A stretch of DNA of 64,000 nt from Lactobacillus sp. (GCA_022651245.1 JALCQM010000009.1:5472-69471), one strand, 5' to 3'; numbered from the stretch's first letter, positions 20,092 to 30,041 are shown. A program made the numbers and translations. The notes: generated by a model from the sequence alone, not told the origin.

Positions 20092-21614
20092 ATAAACGGG
20101 CATTGCTAAGTGTGTCGGATAAAACTGGCTTGGTCGACTTCGCCAAAGGATTACAAGACCGTGGCTTTGAATTAGTGTCTACTGGGGGCACACACCGGGT
20201 ATTGGCAGAGGCGGGATTAGCGGTGACGGCGGTTGAAGACGTGACCGGCTTCCCCGAAATGTTAGATGGGCGCGTTAAGACACTACACCCGCGTATACAT
20301 GCAGGAATCCTGGCGCGGCGCGACTTTCCAGAGCACATGGCGGCACTAGCAGAACACGATATCACGCCAATTTCCGTGGTATGCGTCAACTTGTATCCGT
20401 TCGCGGAAACCATTCAAAAGCCGGGGGTAACCCGGGCTGAAGCCATCGAGCAAATCGATATCGGTGGCCCGAGTGCGTTGCGCGCTGCGGCGAAAAACAG
20501 TGGTGACGTCTGGGCAGTGGTGGACCCGCACGATTATGCGGCCGTGTTGACCGGTATCGACCAAGACGATGCGGCCTTACGGCAACAGTTAGCGGCCAAG
20601 ATCTTTGCCACGACCGCCGCCTATGATGCACAGATCGCGGCCTACCTGGACCCAGAACCATTTCCAGAGCAATTCACGCCGACGTATACCAAGCGTCAAG
20701 CCTTACGTTATGGGGAAAATTCGCACCAGCAGGCGGCATTTTACGCGGCCCCAGATGCGCCCGCCTCAAGCTTAGCTAACGCCAAGCAGTTGCACGGCAA
20801 GGAATTGTCATATAACAACTTAAAAGATGCAGACGCGGCGTTGACCATGGTGAATGAATTCACGCAACCAACCGTCGTGGCGGTGAAGCATATGAACCCG
20901 TGCGGCATCGGGCGCGCGGATACCATCGAAGGCGCTTGGGACAAGGCGTATGCGGCTGATTCGACGTCGATTTTCGGCGGTATCATTGCTTTGAACCGCA
21001 ATGTCGATTTGGCCACAGCGACCAAGATGCACGCCTTATTCTTAGAAATCATCATGGCGCCGAGTTTTGACGAAGACGCCTTGGCCGTGCTGACGAAAAA
21101 GAAGAACTTACGCTTGTTAACGGTACCGCTCGCAGCCGAAACAGAAATCCCGCATGTCGAAAGCGTCTCATTGGTCGGCGGCCTGCTCCGGCAAACCAGC
21201 GATGATGCGGTCGAAACTGCAGCCGATCTGACCGTGGTGACGGCAATTGCGCCAACGCCTGCGCAGATCGACTCACTGTTGTTTGCACAGCAGGTGGTCA
21301 AGCACGTGAAGTCGAATGCGATCGTGGTCGCGAAAGATGGCCAAACATTAGGCATCGGCGCCGGTCAAATGAACCGGATCGGCTCTGTCGAAATTGCCTT
21401 GACCCAGGCCCAACAAAATACAGAATTTGCTGGGGCCGTCATGGCCTCAGACGCCTTCTTCCCAATGGATGATTGCGTCGAATACGCTGCCCAACACGGT
21501 ATTCGGGCGATCATCCAACCAGGCGGCTCGATCCGAGACAAGGACTCGATTGCCATGGCAGACAAATACGGTATTGCCATGGTCACCACAGGCACCCGCC
21601 ACTTCAGACATTAG
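20088..21614 (+). CDS. purH: Bifunctional AICAR transformylase / IMP cyclohydrolase
   Basis: 508 aa; [10 protein letters not shown] and [13 protein letters not shown]. The TTG start overlaps the purN TGA. Confidence 0.95.
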   Translation: MNKRALLSVSDKTGLVDFAKGLQDRGFELVSTGGTHRVLAEAGLAVTAVEDVTGFPEMLDGRVKTLHPRIHAGILARRDFPEHMAALAEHDITPISVVCVNLYPFAETIQKPGVTRAEAIEQIDIGGPSALRAAAKNSGDVWAVVDPHDYAAVLTGIDQDDAALRQQLAAKIFATTAAYDAQIAAYLDPEPFPEQFTPTYTKRQALRYGENSHQQAAFYAAPDAPASSLANAKQLHGKELSYNNLKDADAALTMVNEFTQPTVVAVKHMNPCGIGRADTIEGAWDKAYAADSTSIFGGIIALNRNVDLATATKMHALFLEIIMAPSFDEDALAVLTKKKNLRLLTVPLAAETEIPHVESVSLVGGLLRQTSDDAVETAADLTVVTAIAPTPAQIDSLLFAQQVVKHVKSNAIVVAKDGQTLGIGAGQMNRIGSVEIALTQAQQNTEFAGAVMASDAFFPMDDCVEYAAQHGIRAIIQPGGSIRDKDSIAMADKYGIAMVTTGTRHFRH

Positions 21615-21783
21615 AAACCCCGAGAGCGGAGCAAGCCGTATTTAGCAATGTGTGTAAGGCGGCCTGGACGACTTACACGCAATTGCGTTGGCTTGCGCAG
21701 CTCGACGCCCCAGCAGCACAGCAACCCCGCAGCGATGTCACGCCAAGTGTTAAGAACGCGTTCGATTAAACAGGAGGAACCAG

Positions 21784-23019
21784 ATGGTCAATGTTTTGGT
21801 GATTGGAAATGGTGCAAGAGAAAGTGCTTTGGGGCAAGCTTTTTTACGCTCGCCGCAGGTAGATACCGTCTACGTGGCGCCAGGAAATGTGGGAATGTCG
21901 CTGCTGGGGCTGGCAGTGTTGCCAGTTGCAGAAACCGATTTTGCGAGTCTGATTCAATTTGCCCAAGCCCATGTGGCGTTGACCTTCATCGGGCCAGAGG
22001 CGCCATTGGCTGCCGGTATCGTTGATGCCTTTCAAAAAGCCGAGTTACCTGTGTTTGGGCCGACGCGCCAACTTGCACAGTTGGAAGCGAGTAAGCAATT
22101 TGCCAAGGCCTTCATGAAGCGCCACCACTTGCCGACAGCGGCGGCCCGAGTCGTCACGACCCAAGAAGCAGCCGCGGCAGCGGTGGCCGATTTCGGCACT
22201 CCTGTTGTGATCAAGGCGGATGGTTTAGCCGCCGGAAAAGGGGTGACGGTCGCGCAGACGCAAGCCGAAGCGTTAGCCGCGGTCAGTCAGTTGTACGTAG
22301 ACCACCCGCACGCTTCAGTCGTGATCGAAGAATGCTTGGTGGGCCAAGAAGCGTCGGTATTGGCCATGTTCAACGGGATTCAGCGGGTCATTTTCCCGTT
22401 GGCCCAAGATCACAAGCGCCGCTTCGAAGGCGATACCGGCCCTAACACTGGTGGTATGGGGGCGTTTAGTCCAGCGCCGCAATTTTCTGCTGAGCAGCTT
22501 GAACAAGCGCACGCCTTGATTGATCAAACGTTGGCTGGAATGGTGGTTGATGGCTTGTATGGCAACGGCGTCTTGTATATCGGCGTGATGTTCACCGCTG
22601 ACGGGCCGAAGATCTTAGAATACAATTTGCGGTTTGGCGATCCTGAGACCCAGGTCCTTTTGCCCCAAGTTGAGAATGATTTTTACCAAATGGTTCAAGA
22701 CCTGCTAGCCGGCAAGGCAGACGACTTGAAATTAGACGGGCGCACCTATTGTGGTGTTGTTGCAGCTAACCCAGGTTATCCACAAGACACGCGGCATAGT
22801 CTGCCAGTACTCGTACCCAATGAGGCCCAACGGCACTATTGGTATCCTGCCGGGATTGTGCAAGGGACTGACGGCTTGCGTTCGCATGGCGGGCGGATCT
22901 TGACGGTGATCGGCGCAGGCAATGATCTGAAAACGGCACAATCGCAGGCCTACCAGCGATTAGCCGAGTTAAGCGGGGCGTTGGCCTTTCGCAAGGACAT
23001 TGGCTGGCACGCCTTATAA
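21784..23019 (+). CDS. purD: Phosphoribosylamine-glycine ligase
   Basis: 411 aa ATP-grasp GARS; VLVIGNGARE and KADGLAAGKGV. AGGAGG RBS. Confidence 0.95.
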   Translation: MVNVLVIGNGARESALGQAFLRSPQVDTVYVAPGNVGMSLLGLAVLPVAETDFASLIQFAQAHVALTFIGPEAPLAAGIVDAFQKAELPVFGPTRQLAQLEASKQFAKAFMKRHHLPTAAARVVTTQEAAAAAVADFGTPVVIKADGLAAGKGVTVAQTQAEALAAVSQLYVDHPHASVVIEECLVGQEASVLAMFNGIQRVIFPLAQDHKRRFEGDTGPNTGGMGAFSPAPQFSAEQLEQAHALIDQTLAGMVVDGLYGNGVLYIGVMFTADGPKILEYNLRFGDPETQVLLPQVENDFYQMVQDLLAGKADDLKLDGRTYCGVVAANPGYPQDTRHSLPVLVPNEAQRHYWYPAGIVQGTDGLRSHGGRILTVIGAGNDLKTAQSQAYQRLAELSGALAFRKDIGWHAL

Positions 23020-23023
23020 AAAA

Positions 23024-23062
23024 AGCGGTGACTACTAGATATTGTGTGGTCACCGTTTTTTT
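23024..23062 (+). terminator. pur operon terminator
   Basis: AGCGGTGAC ... GTCACCGTT stem followed by TTTTTTT. Confidence 0.75.
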
Positions 23063-23114
23063 GACGCCATTTTGTGGTAGCATAGAACTATCGCATGAAT
23101 GGAGTGATGCCAAA

Positions 23115-23723
23115 ATGTCAGAACGATTGCACTTTGACCAACAGCAGCTACAAGCTGCCTTACCGAATGATCCTGCCCCGCAAGAATGGTTAGCAGAAGA
23201 CTTGTCGCAGCAATATATCGCCAGCTACAAGCCATTCAACTTTGTGGATGGGGAAGGCGTGCGCTGTAGCCTTTACGTCTCCGGCTGTAAGTTCAACTGT
23301 CCAGGGTGTTACAACAAGGCGGCGCAGAATTTCCACTATGGTCATCCGTACACGCAAGCCTTAGAGGACCAGATCATCGCGGATTTGGCGCAGCCCTATG
23401 TCCAGGGGTTGACCCTGTTAGGCGGTGAGCCGTTTTTGAACACGCAAGTTTGCTTGCAGTTGACGCGCCGTATCCGGGCGGAGTTTGGCCATGATAAGGA
23501 CATTTGGAGCTGGACCGGGTATACCTGGGATGAATTGAGGCAAGATTCAGACGATAAGCTCGCCCTTTTAAACCAGCTTGATATCCTGGTCGATGGCCGC
23601 TTTTTAGAGGCGCAAAAGGACCTGACCTTGCAGTTTCGGGGCAGCGCTAACCAGCGTATCATCGACGTGCCTGCGAGCTTGGCTGCCGGCCGCGTGAAAA
23701 TTTGGTCGAAGTTGACGCACTAA
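23115..23723 (+). CDS. nrdG: Anaerobic ribonucleoside-triphosphate reductase activating protein
   Basis: FNFVDGEGVRCSLYVSGCKFNCPGCYN (radical-SAM CX3CX2C). The ATG at 23115 is 10 nt after GGAG. The ORF-track start at 23028 spans the purD terminator. Confidence 0.85.
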   Translation: MSERLHFDQQQLQAALPNDPAPQEWLAEDLSQQYIASYKPFNFVDGEGVRCSLYVSGCKFNCPGCYNKAAQNFHYGHPYTQALEDQIIADLAQPYVQGLTLLGGEPFLNTQVCLQLTRRIRAEFGHDKDIWSWTGYTWDELRQDSDDKLALLNQLDILVDGRFLEAQKDLTLQFRGSANQRIIDVPASLAAGRVKIWSKLTH

Positions 23724-23730
23724 ACCAAAA

Positions 23731-23780
23731 ATGCCCCTTATCAAACCCGATGCGCGGTTTGACAAGGGACATTTTTGATT
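23731..23780. terminator. Bidirectional terminator (nrdG / histidine kinase)
   Basis: 16-nt arms ATGCCCCTTATCAAAC / GTTTGACAAGGGACAT (14 of 16 paired). A-run upstream and T-run downstream. Confidence 0.65.
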
Positions 23781-23790
23781 TAACGTGCGT

Positions 23791-24852
23791 TTATTTTGCG
23801 AGCGGGTGATCAGTCAGGGTGTTGCCACTATCGCCATAATAGTCGAGGTGGGCGAAGTGCACCGTGATGGCGGTGCCTTGACCGACGGTTGCGCTCAGCG
23901 TTAAGCGGTGGCCTAATTTTTCGGCCAGTTGCGCCGCGAGGTATAGGCCCAAACCGGTCGATTTTTGATTGGCGTTTCGGCCGTTAGTGCCGGTGAAGCC
24001 TTTTTCAAAGACGCGGTGTTGCTCATCTTCTGGGATCCCGATGCCGGAATCTTGGATCGTGAGCGTGGCTTCGTGTTCACCATGGGCAAGCTGAGCTTCG
24101 ATCTGGCCGCCTGCGGGGGTGTACTTGATGGCGTTGGCGACTAGCTGGCGCAGAATGAAGGCGAGCCATTTGTCATCCGTGGTGACCGTGATATCCGGGC
24201 CGGTGACGTTAAACCGCAACTGCTTGGCGATGAAGCTATTGCGCTGATCAACTACCACCGCGTTGATGATTTGTTTGAGTGGGTAGTCTTGTAATAAGTA
24301 GTCGCGGCTGAAGCTCTCAAGGCGCGAATAGTATAGGACTTGCTCAACATCGTGATCCACCTTGTCGAGTTGTAAGCTCAAGTCCGTGAGCAGGGTCTCA
24401 TCGACACGACCATCGAGGTTGTCCACCAAAAGACTCATGGCGGCCAGCGGCACTTTGGTTTCGTGTACCCAGCTATCCAAATAGGCGCGATAATCTTGTT
24501 GAGCGGTGACGACCAGCGTCATCGCTTGGCGATGCGCCTGTAGCAATTGGGTGAAGGCTTGTGTGATCAGCGCTTGTTCATGGGTCAGCGGCTGTGGCAA
24601 CGGCCAGTCTAAGGCATCCGCACCGGCGGCGATCCGAGCGCTCCAGGTCGTGAGCCAGCGTTTTTTGCGCCGGTAGTTGAGCCAGCCGATCGCACCGGCG
24701 AACAAGGTGATCAAGGCACCGATGTACCCGAGCGTATCGGCGTGCACGCGGTGGGCGGGGTCCAGCCACAGCCCACCGCAAAATAAGCAGAGACCAAAAA
24801 AGTAAGCCGCGATCTCTAACCGGTGATCGTGTAAGTATGCTTTGAGCGTCAT
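23791..24852 (-). CDS. Intramembrane-sensing histidine kinase (BceS-like)
   Basis: 353 aa. Two N-terminal TM helices with almost no external loop. H-box WVHETKVPLAAM, N box LVANAIKYTP, G boxes DSGIGIP and GLGLYL. Confidence 0.88.
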   Translation of the reverse strand: MTLKAYLHDHRLEIAAYFFGLCLFCGGLWLDPAHRVHADTLGYIGALITLFAGAIGWLNYRRKKRWLTTWSARIAAGADALDWPLPQPLTHEQALITQAFTQLLQAHRQAMTLVVTAQQDYRAYLDSWVHETKVPLAAMSLLVDNLDGRVDETLLTDLSLQLDKVDHDVEQVLYYSRLESFSRDYLLQDYPLKQIINAVVVDQRNSFIAKQLRFNVTGPDITVTTDDKWLAFILRQLVANAIKYTPAGGQIEAQLAHGEHEATLTIQDSGIGIPEDEQHRVFEKGFTGTNGRNANQKSTGLGLYLAAQLAEKLGHRLTLSATVGQGTAITVHFAHLDYYGDSGNTLTDHPLAK

Positions 24853-24864
24853 AGAGCCTCCTCG

Positions 24865-25539
24865 TCAGGGAATGATATAGCCTAAACCAACACGCGTCTG
24901 GATGTAATCCGGTAAGCCGGCGTCTGTGATTTTTTTGCGCAGCCGGTTGATGTTGACGGTCAAGGTGTTATCGTCCACGAAGCGTTCATCTTGCCAAAGG
25001 GCTTTGAGCAAGTGGGTGCGGCTGACCACCTGGCCGTGAGCGCGCACCAAGATCTGTAAGAGCTTGTATTCGTTTTTAGACAAGTTGATCGCTTCATCAC
25101 CGACTTTGGCCATGCCAGTTTGGAGGTCCAAACTGAGCCCGCCGTGGGTCAGCAGCTGGGTCCCTTGATCAGCGTAGTTGTACGTCCGCCGTAGCAGGGC
25201 GTTGATCTTGGCCAGCAGGACTTCTGTGGCGAACGGTTTATTCACGAAGTCATCGGCGCCGAGGTTCATCGCCATCACCATGTCCATATTGGTGTTGCGA
25301 CTGGAAATAAAAATCACCGGCACGTGGCTCGCAGAGCGAATCTTTTGGACCCAGTGGTAGCCGTCGTAGACGGGTAAATTGATATCGAGTAAGACTAAGT
25401 GGGGTTGCGCCGCCTGAAACTGGGTAAAAACATCCGTAAAGTCCGTCACCACCACAGGCTCGAGTTGCCATTTTTTGAGTGCATCGGCGATCAAAGTGGC
25501 GATGGTGTGGTCGTCTTCGACGATCATGATCTTGAACAT
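24865..25539 (-). CDS. OmpR-family response regulator (BceR-like)
   Basis: MFKIMIVEDD receiver domain with LVLLDINLP, and a winged-helix C-terminus (TVNINRLRKK). The ATG at 25539 is 7 nt after GGAGG. Confidence 0.9.
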   Translation of the reverse strand: MFKIMIVEDDHTIATLIADALKKWQLEPVVVTDFTDVFTQFQAAQPHLVLLDINLPVYDGYHWVQKIRSASHVPVIFISSRNTNMDMVMAMNLGADDFVNKPFATEVLLAKINALLRRTYNYADQGTQLLTHGGLSLDLQTGMAKVGDEAINLSKNEYKLLQILVRAHGQVVSRTHLLKALWQDERFVDDNTLTVNINRLRKKITDAGLPDYIQTRVGLGYIIP

Positions 25540-25645
25540 AGACAGCCCTCCATTCTTCTGTATGGTAGCCAATTTTACCCGGCATAACAAGTACGCGCGC
25601 CGAAATGCCCGATATTTGTTATGATGACAGTAACGGAGGTGTGAG

Positions 25646-26422
25646 ATGCGAATCGTGAGTGTGGATCATTTGTCCAAAACCTATGGGCACCGATTGAATC
25701 GGGTCGTGGCGTTGAATGATTTGAGTTTCAGCATCGACGCAGGCGAATTTGTCGGGGTGATGGGGCCTAGTGGGGCCGGGAAGTCAACGCTTTTGAACCT
25801 GTTGGCGACCTTTGATCAGCCGACGACCGGCGATATCTGGATCGACAAGGTGGATTTGACGACAATGTCGGCTACTTCGAGTGCGCGGTTTCGGCGCGAA
25901 GATCTCGGGTTTATTTTTCAAGGGTTCGACCTCTTGAATGATCTGACCGTTAGTGCCAACATTACGCTGCCGCTGACCTTCGTCCCACCGGTGCCGACGG
26001 ACCTCAAAGCGCGGCTGGTGGCAGTTAGTGAGCTACTCGGGCTCACCCCGTTATTGACGCGCTACCCTTTGCAGCTTAGTCAAGGCCAACGGCAACGGGT
26101 GGCGGCGGCGCGGGCGATCATTACGCGGCCGAAGCTTTTGTTGGCTGATGAGCCCACCGGTAGCCTGGATTCATTGGCGGCGACGGAATTACTGCGGTAT
26201 TTGGCCAAAATCAATTTGGAAACCGACGTGACGATCATGATGGTGACCCACGATGCGTTTACCGCCAGTTTTTGCAACCGCATCATTTTCATTCGCGATG
26301 GCGCCTATTTTGCTGAGGTCACCCGTCAAGGGAGCCGGCAGGAATTTTTCAACCGTATCATCGATATGGAAGCGACCATCAATGGAGGGGGGCGGCGCCG
26401 TGGTGGCCTGGGTCAAGCGTAG
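25646..26422 (+). CDS. ABC transporter ATP-binding protein (BceA-like)
   Basis: Walker A GPSGAGKST, signature LSQGQRQR, Walker B LLLADEPT. Confidence 0.9.
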   Translation: MRIVSVDHLSKTYGHRLNRVVALNDLSFSIDAGEFVGVMGPSGAGKSTLLNLLATFDQPTTGDIWIDKVDLTTMSATSSARFRREDLGFIFQGFDLLNDLTVSANITLPLTFVPPVPTDLKARLVAVSELLGLTPLLTRYPLQLSQGQRQRVAAARAIITRPKLLLADEPTGSLDSLAATELLRYLAKINLETDVTIMMVTHDAFTASFCNRIIFIRDGAYFAEVTRQGSRQEFFNRIIDMEATINGGGRRRGGLGQA

Positions 26423-28433
26423 CTGGGCACAACACGCCGGGGTTTCGCAGCTGCTAGCGACGGTGATTGCTTGTTTGTTGGCGGTCATGTATGCGGTCGC
26501 GGCGTTGATCGAAGACCGGCCACTCTTGCGACAGATCAGCCATGGCGTCGGCAATACCACCTTGTTTCCTGCGGCGCTCGTAGTCTTGCTCGTGGTCATG
26601 ATGCTGTTTAGCCTGACATTCATTTTGTATATAAACCGGTTATTGCTCAGCCGTCGCGACGGTGAGTTTGGGTTGTACCGGCGGTTAGGCATGCCTACTG
26701 GGCGGCTAGGCGTGAACCTTTTTGGCGAGTTGCTGGTCGTTTTTGTATTGGGATGGCTTGGCGGCATCCTCGGTGGGATTTTAGTGTCCAAGCTGTTAGC
26801 CATGATCTTGTTGCGGCTAGTGGATGTGAGCCAAACCGTAGGGCTTTTGATCAGCCCGGTGGCGATCGGCGAACTGACGGGTTACTGGGGGCTGGTGCTG
26901 CTTTTGTTAGGCGTGTTGAACGCTTGGTATGTTCGCGGTCACGGACTCCTTCAATTCTGGACACCGAATGCTGCAAAAAAGCCGCTTGAGGCCATGAGTG
27001 GTCGCCACGTGGTCGGCGCAGTGGGTGGCGTCGGATTATTGGGATTGGTGGTGGTCTTTGCACAGGCGCCGACGGTCTGGACGAGCCGGGCCGCGCATGC
27101 GTTCGGGGATGTTGTGGGCTTGTTGGGCGTGATGATCGCCTGTTTGTGTGCTGCTGTGATCGGGGTTTATCTCCTGTTCGCCTGCACCTTACCAGTCGCT
27201 TGTGACTGGTTGGCTCGCCGACGCTGGGCACAGCAGGCTAGCCGGTATTTGCCGCTGATCAGCTTGCAACGGCGATTTCGGGCCAACCGGCATTCGTTAT
27301 GGCTGACCACGGCGCTAACGACCGTCACTTTGACGGTGATTGGCGGCGCTGCGGTGTTGTACCAGTTTGGCCAAACCGTTGTCAGCCAAGATATTGCGCA
27401 GCCGATCGTGGCAACGGCCAGTGGCCAGTCAGTGGTAAAACAGGCGCTGGCGACGACGCCAGGCGTGACCACGACCCAGTTGAATACCAAATTAGTCGCG
27501 GGTCGCGTCCGGCTACGCTTACGCTCGGCACATGAAACGGTCGAAAAGAACCTTTATCAAGTGGTGGCACTCAGTGATTATCGCCGTTTGCGCCAGACAC
27601 AACCGCAACTGCCCGACCTGCATGTGCGTGGCCGCCAAGCCGTGATGATCACTGCGGGCGAGCGGCTGTACCAGATGCGCGGCATCGGCGGGTGGACCAA
27701 TGCCGGACGGGTGTTGCGGCTGCCGCAAACCGGGACGCATTTTGTCCTAGCAGCGATCACCAATGGGTTTCCGTTAGGGAGCAGCGGCTATTTTGATCGG
27801 GCTTTGGTGGTCAGTGACCGCCAATACGCCCAGCTAGCCGCGCCGGTCGTGCCGATTTATGGGACTCGGGTTCGCGCCGGCGTGCCAGCAAAGGTGGAGA
27901 AGCAGCTTATTGCAAATACGGCGATGGACTATGCGCAAAGCGACCACGCAACCTTGAGCGGCCACCGGGCTGTACGGGTGGTGGCTAAGGCACCAGGGCA
28001 AAACGACTTCGGCCGCGATGCGATCAGCTTACGGCGACCGGCGTTACATGAAATGCACGTGGTATTCGGGTTTGTGTTGTTTGTGATCTTGTTATTGGGG
28101 GCGGTGTTTATGGTCGCGACTGCTAGCATTTTACTATTGAAGCAACTGGTTGCGGCGCGCTTTGAACAAGCGGATCGCATCACGCTGCGACGCTTAGGGA
28201 TGCCGCAAACCGTTTTAACGAAGGTAATCTATACGCAAACGATGGCGGTGTTTGCATTACCACTGCTCGTCGGTGGCGGTGGGGCGCTGATACTGATTCA
28301 GTGGCTACAAGGGGCTTTAGACGGGAGCCCTGGCGGCGTTGCCTTTTTAGTTTTTGGCATCTATGCCGCCGTTTATCTGGTGTTTGCCTGGCTCACCGCG
28401 ATGCGAATCGACCGGCAAGCCCAGCGACAATAA
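26382..28433 (+). CDS. FtsX-family ABC permease (BceB-like)
   Basis: About 683 aa with many TM helices and a roughly 200-aa extracytoplasmic loop before the last helices. Start chosen at the ATG overlapping the end of the ATPase gene. The ORF-track start at 26253 lies inside the ATPase gene. Confidence 0.85.
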   Translation: MEGGGAVVAWVKRSWAQHAGVSQLLATVIACLLAVMYAVAALIEDRPLLRQISHGVGNTTLFPAALVVLLVVMMLFSLTFILYINRLLLSRRDGEFGLYRRLGMPTGRLGVNLFGELLVVFVLGWLGGILGGILVSKLLAMILLRLVDVSQTVGLLISPVAIGELTGYWGLVLLLLGVLNAWYVRGHGLLQFWTPNAAKKPLEAMSGRHVVGAVGGVGLLGLVVVFAQAPTVWTSRAAHAFGDVVGLLGVMIACLCAAVIGVYLLFACTLPVACDWLARRRWAQQASRYLPLISLQRRFRANRHSLWLTTALTTVTLTVIGGAAVLYQFGQTVVSQDIAQPIVATASGQSVVKQALATTPGVTTTQLNTKLVAGRVRLRLRSAHETVEKNLYQVVALSDYRRLRQTQPQLPDLHVRGRQAVMITAGERLYQMRGIGGWTNAGRVLRLPQTGTHFVLAAITNGFPLGSSGYFDRALVVSDRQYAQLAAPVVPIYGTRVRAGVPAKVEKQLIANTAMDYAQSDHATLSGHRAVRVVAKAPGQNDFGRDAISLRRPALHEMHVVFGFVLFVILLLGAVFMVATASILLLKQLVAARFEQADRITLRRLGMPQTVLTKVIYTQTMAVFALPLLVGGGGALILIQWLQGALDGSPGGVAFLVFGIYAAVYLVFAWLTAMRIDRQAQRQ

Positions 28434-28450
28434 CGGCCTTGGCAGCAAAG

Positions 28451-28477
28451 AAGAGGGCCCCCGCAGGCGACCCTCTT
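28451..28477. terminator. Weak hairpin between convergent genes
   Basis: AAGAGGG ... CCCTCTT stem with a GC-rich interior. Only a poor T-tract follows. Confidence 0.35.
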
Positions 28478-28485
28478 GACTTAGG

Positions 28486-29031
28486 TTAAGATTCTGTGAT
28501 CAGTTGTGTTGAGTCGTCATCGGCATCATCTTCTGCTTCTGGGGAGACGATTTGGTAATGGGCTTCGTGGAAGCCCTGCCCCTTGGCGGCGCGTTGTGCA
28601 AAGTCTAGAATTGGCGCCATCAAAGGCGTTTTCTTAGAAGCAAAGACGTCAAGCGTCCGTTCCCATTGCGACATTAAAACGTACTCCGGCGCTTTAGCAT
28701 CGGTGATTAAGAGGGCTAAGGACAGGTTGCCTTGTAGGCGCTCGCGGTGTTCGAAGAGGCGCTTCGCCTTGGCGACGAAAACAGGGGCCTCTTGGTCATT
28801 CAAGTGGAAATAGCTCAATTGCACGAACCCTTGGTCAGCTAGGTCACCCGCCTGGGCCAACGTCTCAAAGCGCATTGGTGCGACGAACGGCACCGCTGCC
28901 GTAGGGTCGAGCAACGCATAGTTACTGCCTTCGTTCAAGGGCTTCAGCAGTAGCAGTGGCGCGGTTGTTTCCGTAAAGAAGCGCTTGAGAAAATAGTGAG
29001 AACCCAAAATCATTTGCATGTGGTTGGACAT
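28486..29031 (-). CDS. Hypothetical protein, possibly ABM/TRAP-like, with acidic C-terminal tail
   Basis: 181 aa. The ATG at 29031 is 8 nt after GGAGG. The central and C-terminal part (YVLMSQWERTLDVFASKKTP...GFHEAHYQIV) loosely resembles antibiotic-biosynthesis-monooxygenase-like folds. The tail reads EAEDDADDD. Confidence 0.45.
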   Translation of the reverse strand: MSNHMQMILGSHYFLKRFFTETTAPLLLLKPLNEGSNYALLDPTAAVPFVAPMRFETLAQAGDLADQGFVQLSYFHLNDQEAPVFVAKAKRLFEHRERLQGNLSLALLITDAKAPEYVLMSQWERTLDVFASKKTPLMAPILDFAQRAAKGQGFHEAHYQIVSPEAEDDADDDSTQLITES

Positions 29032-29086
29032 GTCTACCACCTCCACTGCAATTATACCGCGTTCGAGCGGCTGAAAGGATGAGATT

Positions 29087-29827
29087 GTGATGAAATTAAC
29101 GATACTTGGTTATTATGGGGGTTATCCGGATCATGGCATTGGGACCAGTGCGTACTTGGTGCAAAGCGGCGACTTTAATTTGTTGCTGGATGCTGGGAGT
29201 GGGGCGTTGCTGGCGCTGGAGTCTGTGCTCGATCCGTTGCAACTCGATGCCGTGCTTTTGACGCATTACCATCACGACCATACGGCAGATTTTGGTGTTT
29301 TGCAGTATTATTACCAGCTGCACTCCGGCGCGAAAAAGCACAGCCCGTTACCTGTTTATGGGCATACAAAAGACCCATTGAATTTTGCGGCGTTGACGTT
29401 TGGGTCCTTCACTCAAGGGCAAGGATACACGGCGGATACCACATTGTCTTTGGGGCCATTGACGCTCACCTTTTTGGAAACGCAGCACCCGGTGCCAGCC
29501 TTTGCCGTGCGGATCGTGGAGAATGCCACCGGGCGAATCCTTGTCAATACTAGCGACACGCGCGCATTTTCTGGCTTAGCGCCATTTGCGCAAGGGGCGG
29601 ATGTGTTATTGGCAGACACCAACTTTTTGGCAGATAAGCCGCAACCGCGCTGGCATTTGACGGCACCAGAAGCTGGAGCGCTCGCCCAAAAGGCTGGGGT
29701 CAAGCGGTTAGTGCTGACGCATTTGCCACAAGAAGTCGCTTTGTCCCAGTTGCAAGCGCAGGCGCAGGCCGCGGCGCCTGATATTCCTGTGTTGTTAGCA
29801 TCAGAAAATAAAATTATGGAAATATAA
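29087..29827 (+). CDS. MBL-fold metallo-hydrolase
   Basis: HYHHDHTADF (HxHxDH) motif. Start is GTG at 29087 or ATG at 29090. Confidence 0.85.
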   Translation: MMKLTILGYYGGYPDHGIGTSAYLVQSGDFNLLLDAGSGALLALESVLDPLQLDAVLLTHYHHDHTADFGVLQYYYQLHSGAKKHSPLPVYGHTKDPLNFAALTFGSFTQGQGYTADTTLSLGPLTLTFLETQHPVPAFAVRIVENATGRILVNTSDTRAFSGLAPFAQGADVLLADTNFLADKPQPRWHLTAPEAGALAQKAGVKRLVLTHLPQEVALSQLQAQAQAAAPDIPVLLASENKIMEI

Positions 29828-30011
29828 TTTAATATTATCGAATATAATTCTATAATCATTACATTAGCTAACGGTGGTAAAGACCCGATACAGATTCACA
29901 AAGCGTATCACATCAATGATGAGTAACACTTGTTTTCTTTGCACAAACTTTAACCAATACAGAAACAATACCCGATTTTTACGAACGCTAATAAAAATTT
30001 TGCTATTTTGA

Positions 30012-30041
30012 TTGTTTTTTGCCTGCTTATTCCTATATAAT
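30012..30041 (+). promoter_or_regulatory. Putative proximal spx promoter
   Basis: TTGTTT, 18-nt spacer, TATAAT (30036-30041), about 50 nt upstream of the spx ATG. Confidence 0.35.

Noticed and set aside
21473-22025. ORFs of 98 and 125 aa covering the purH-purD spacer
   Set aside because: They overlap the ends of purH and purD in other frames, have no RBS, and have an Arg/Cys/Ser-rich composition. The spacer is treated as non-coding (see finding).
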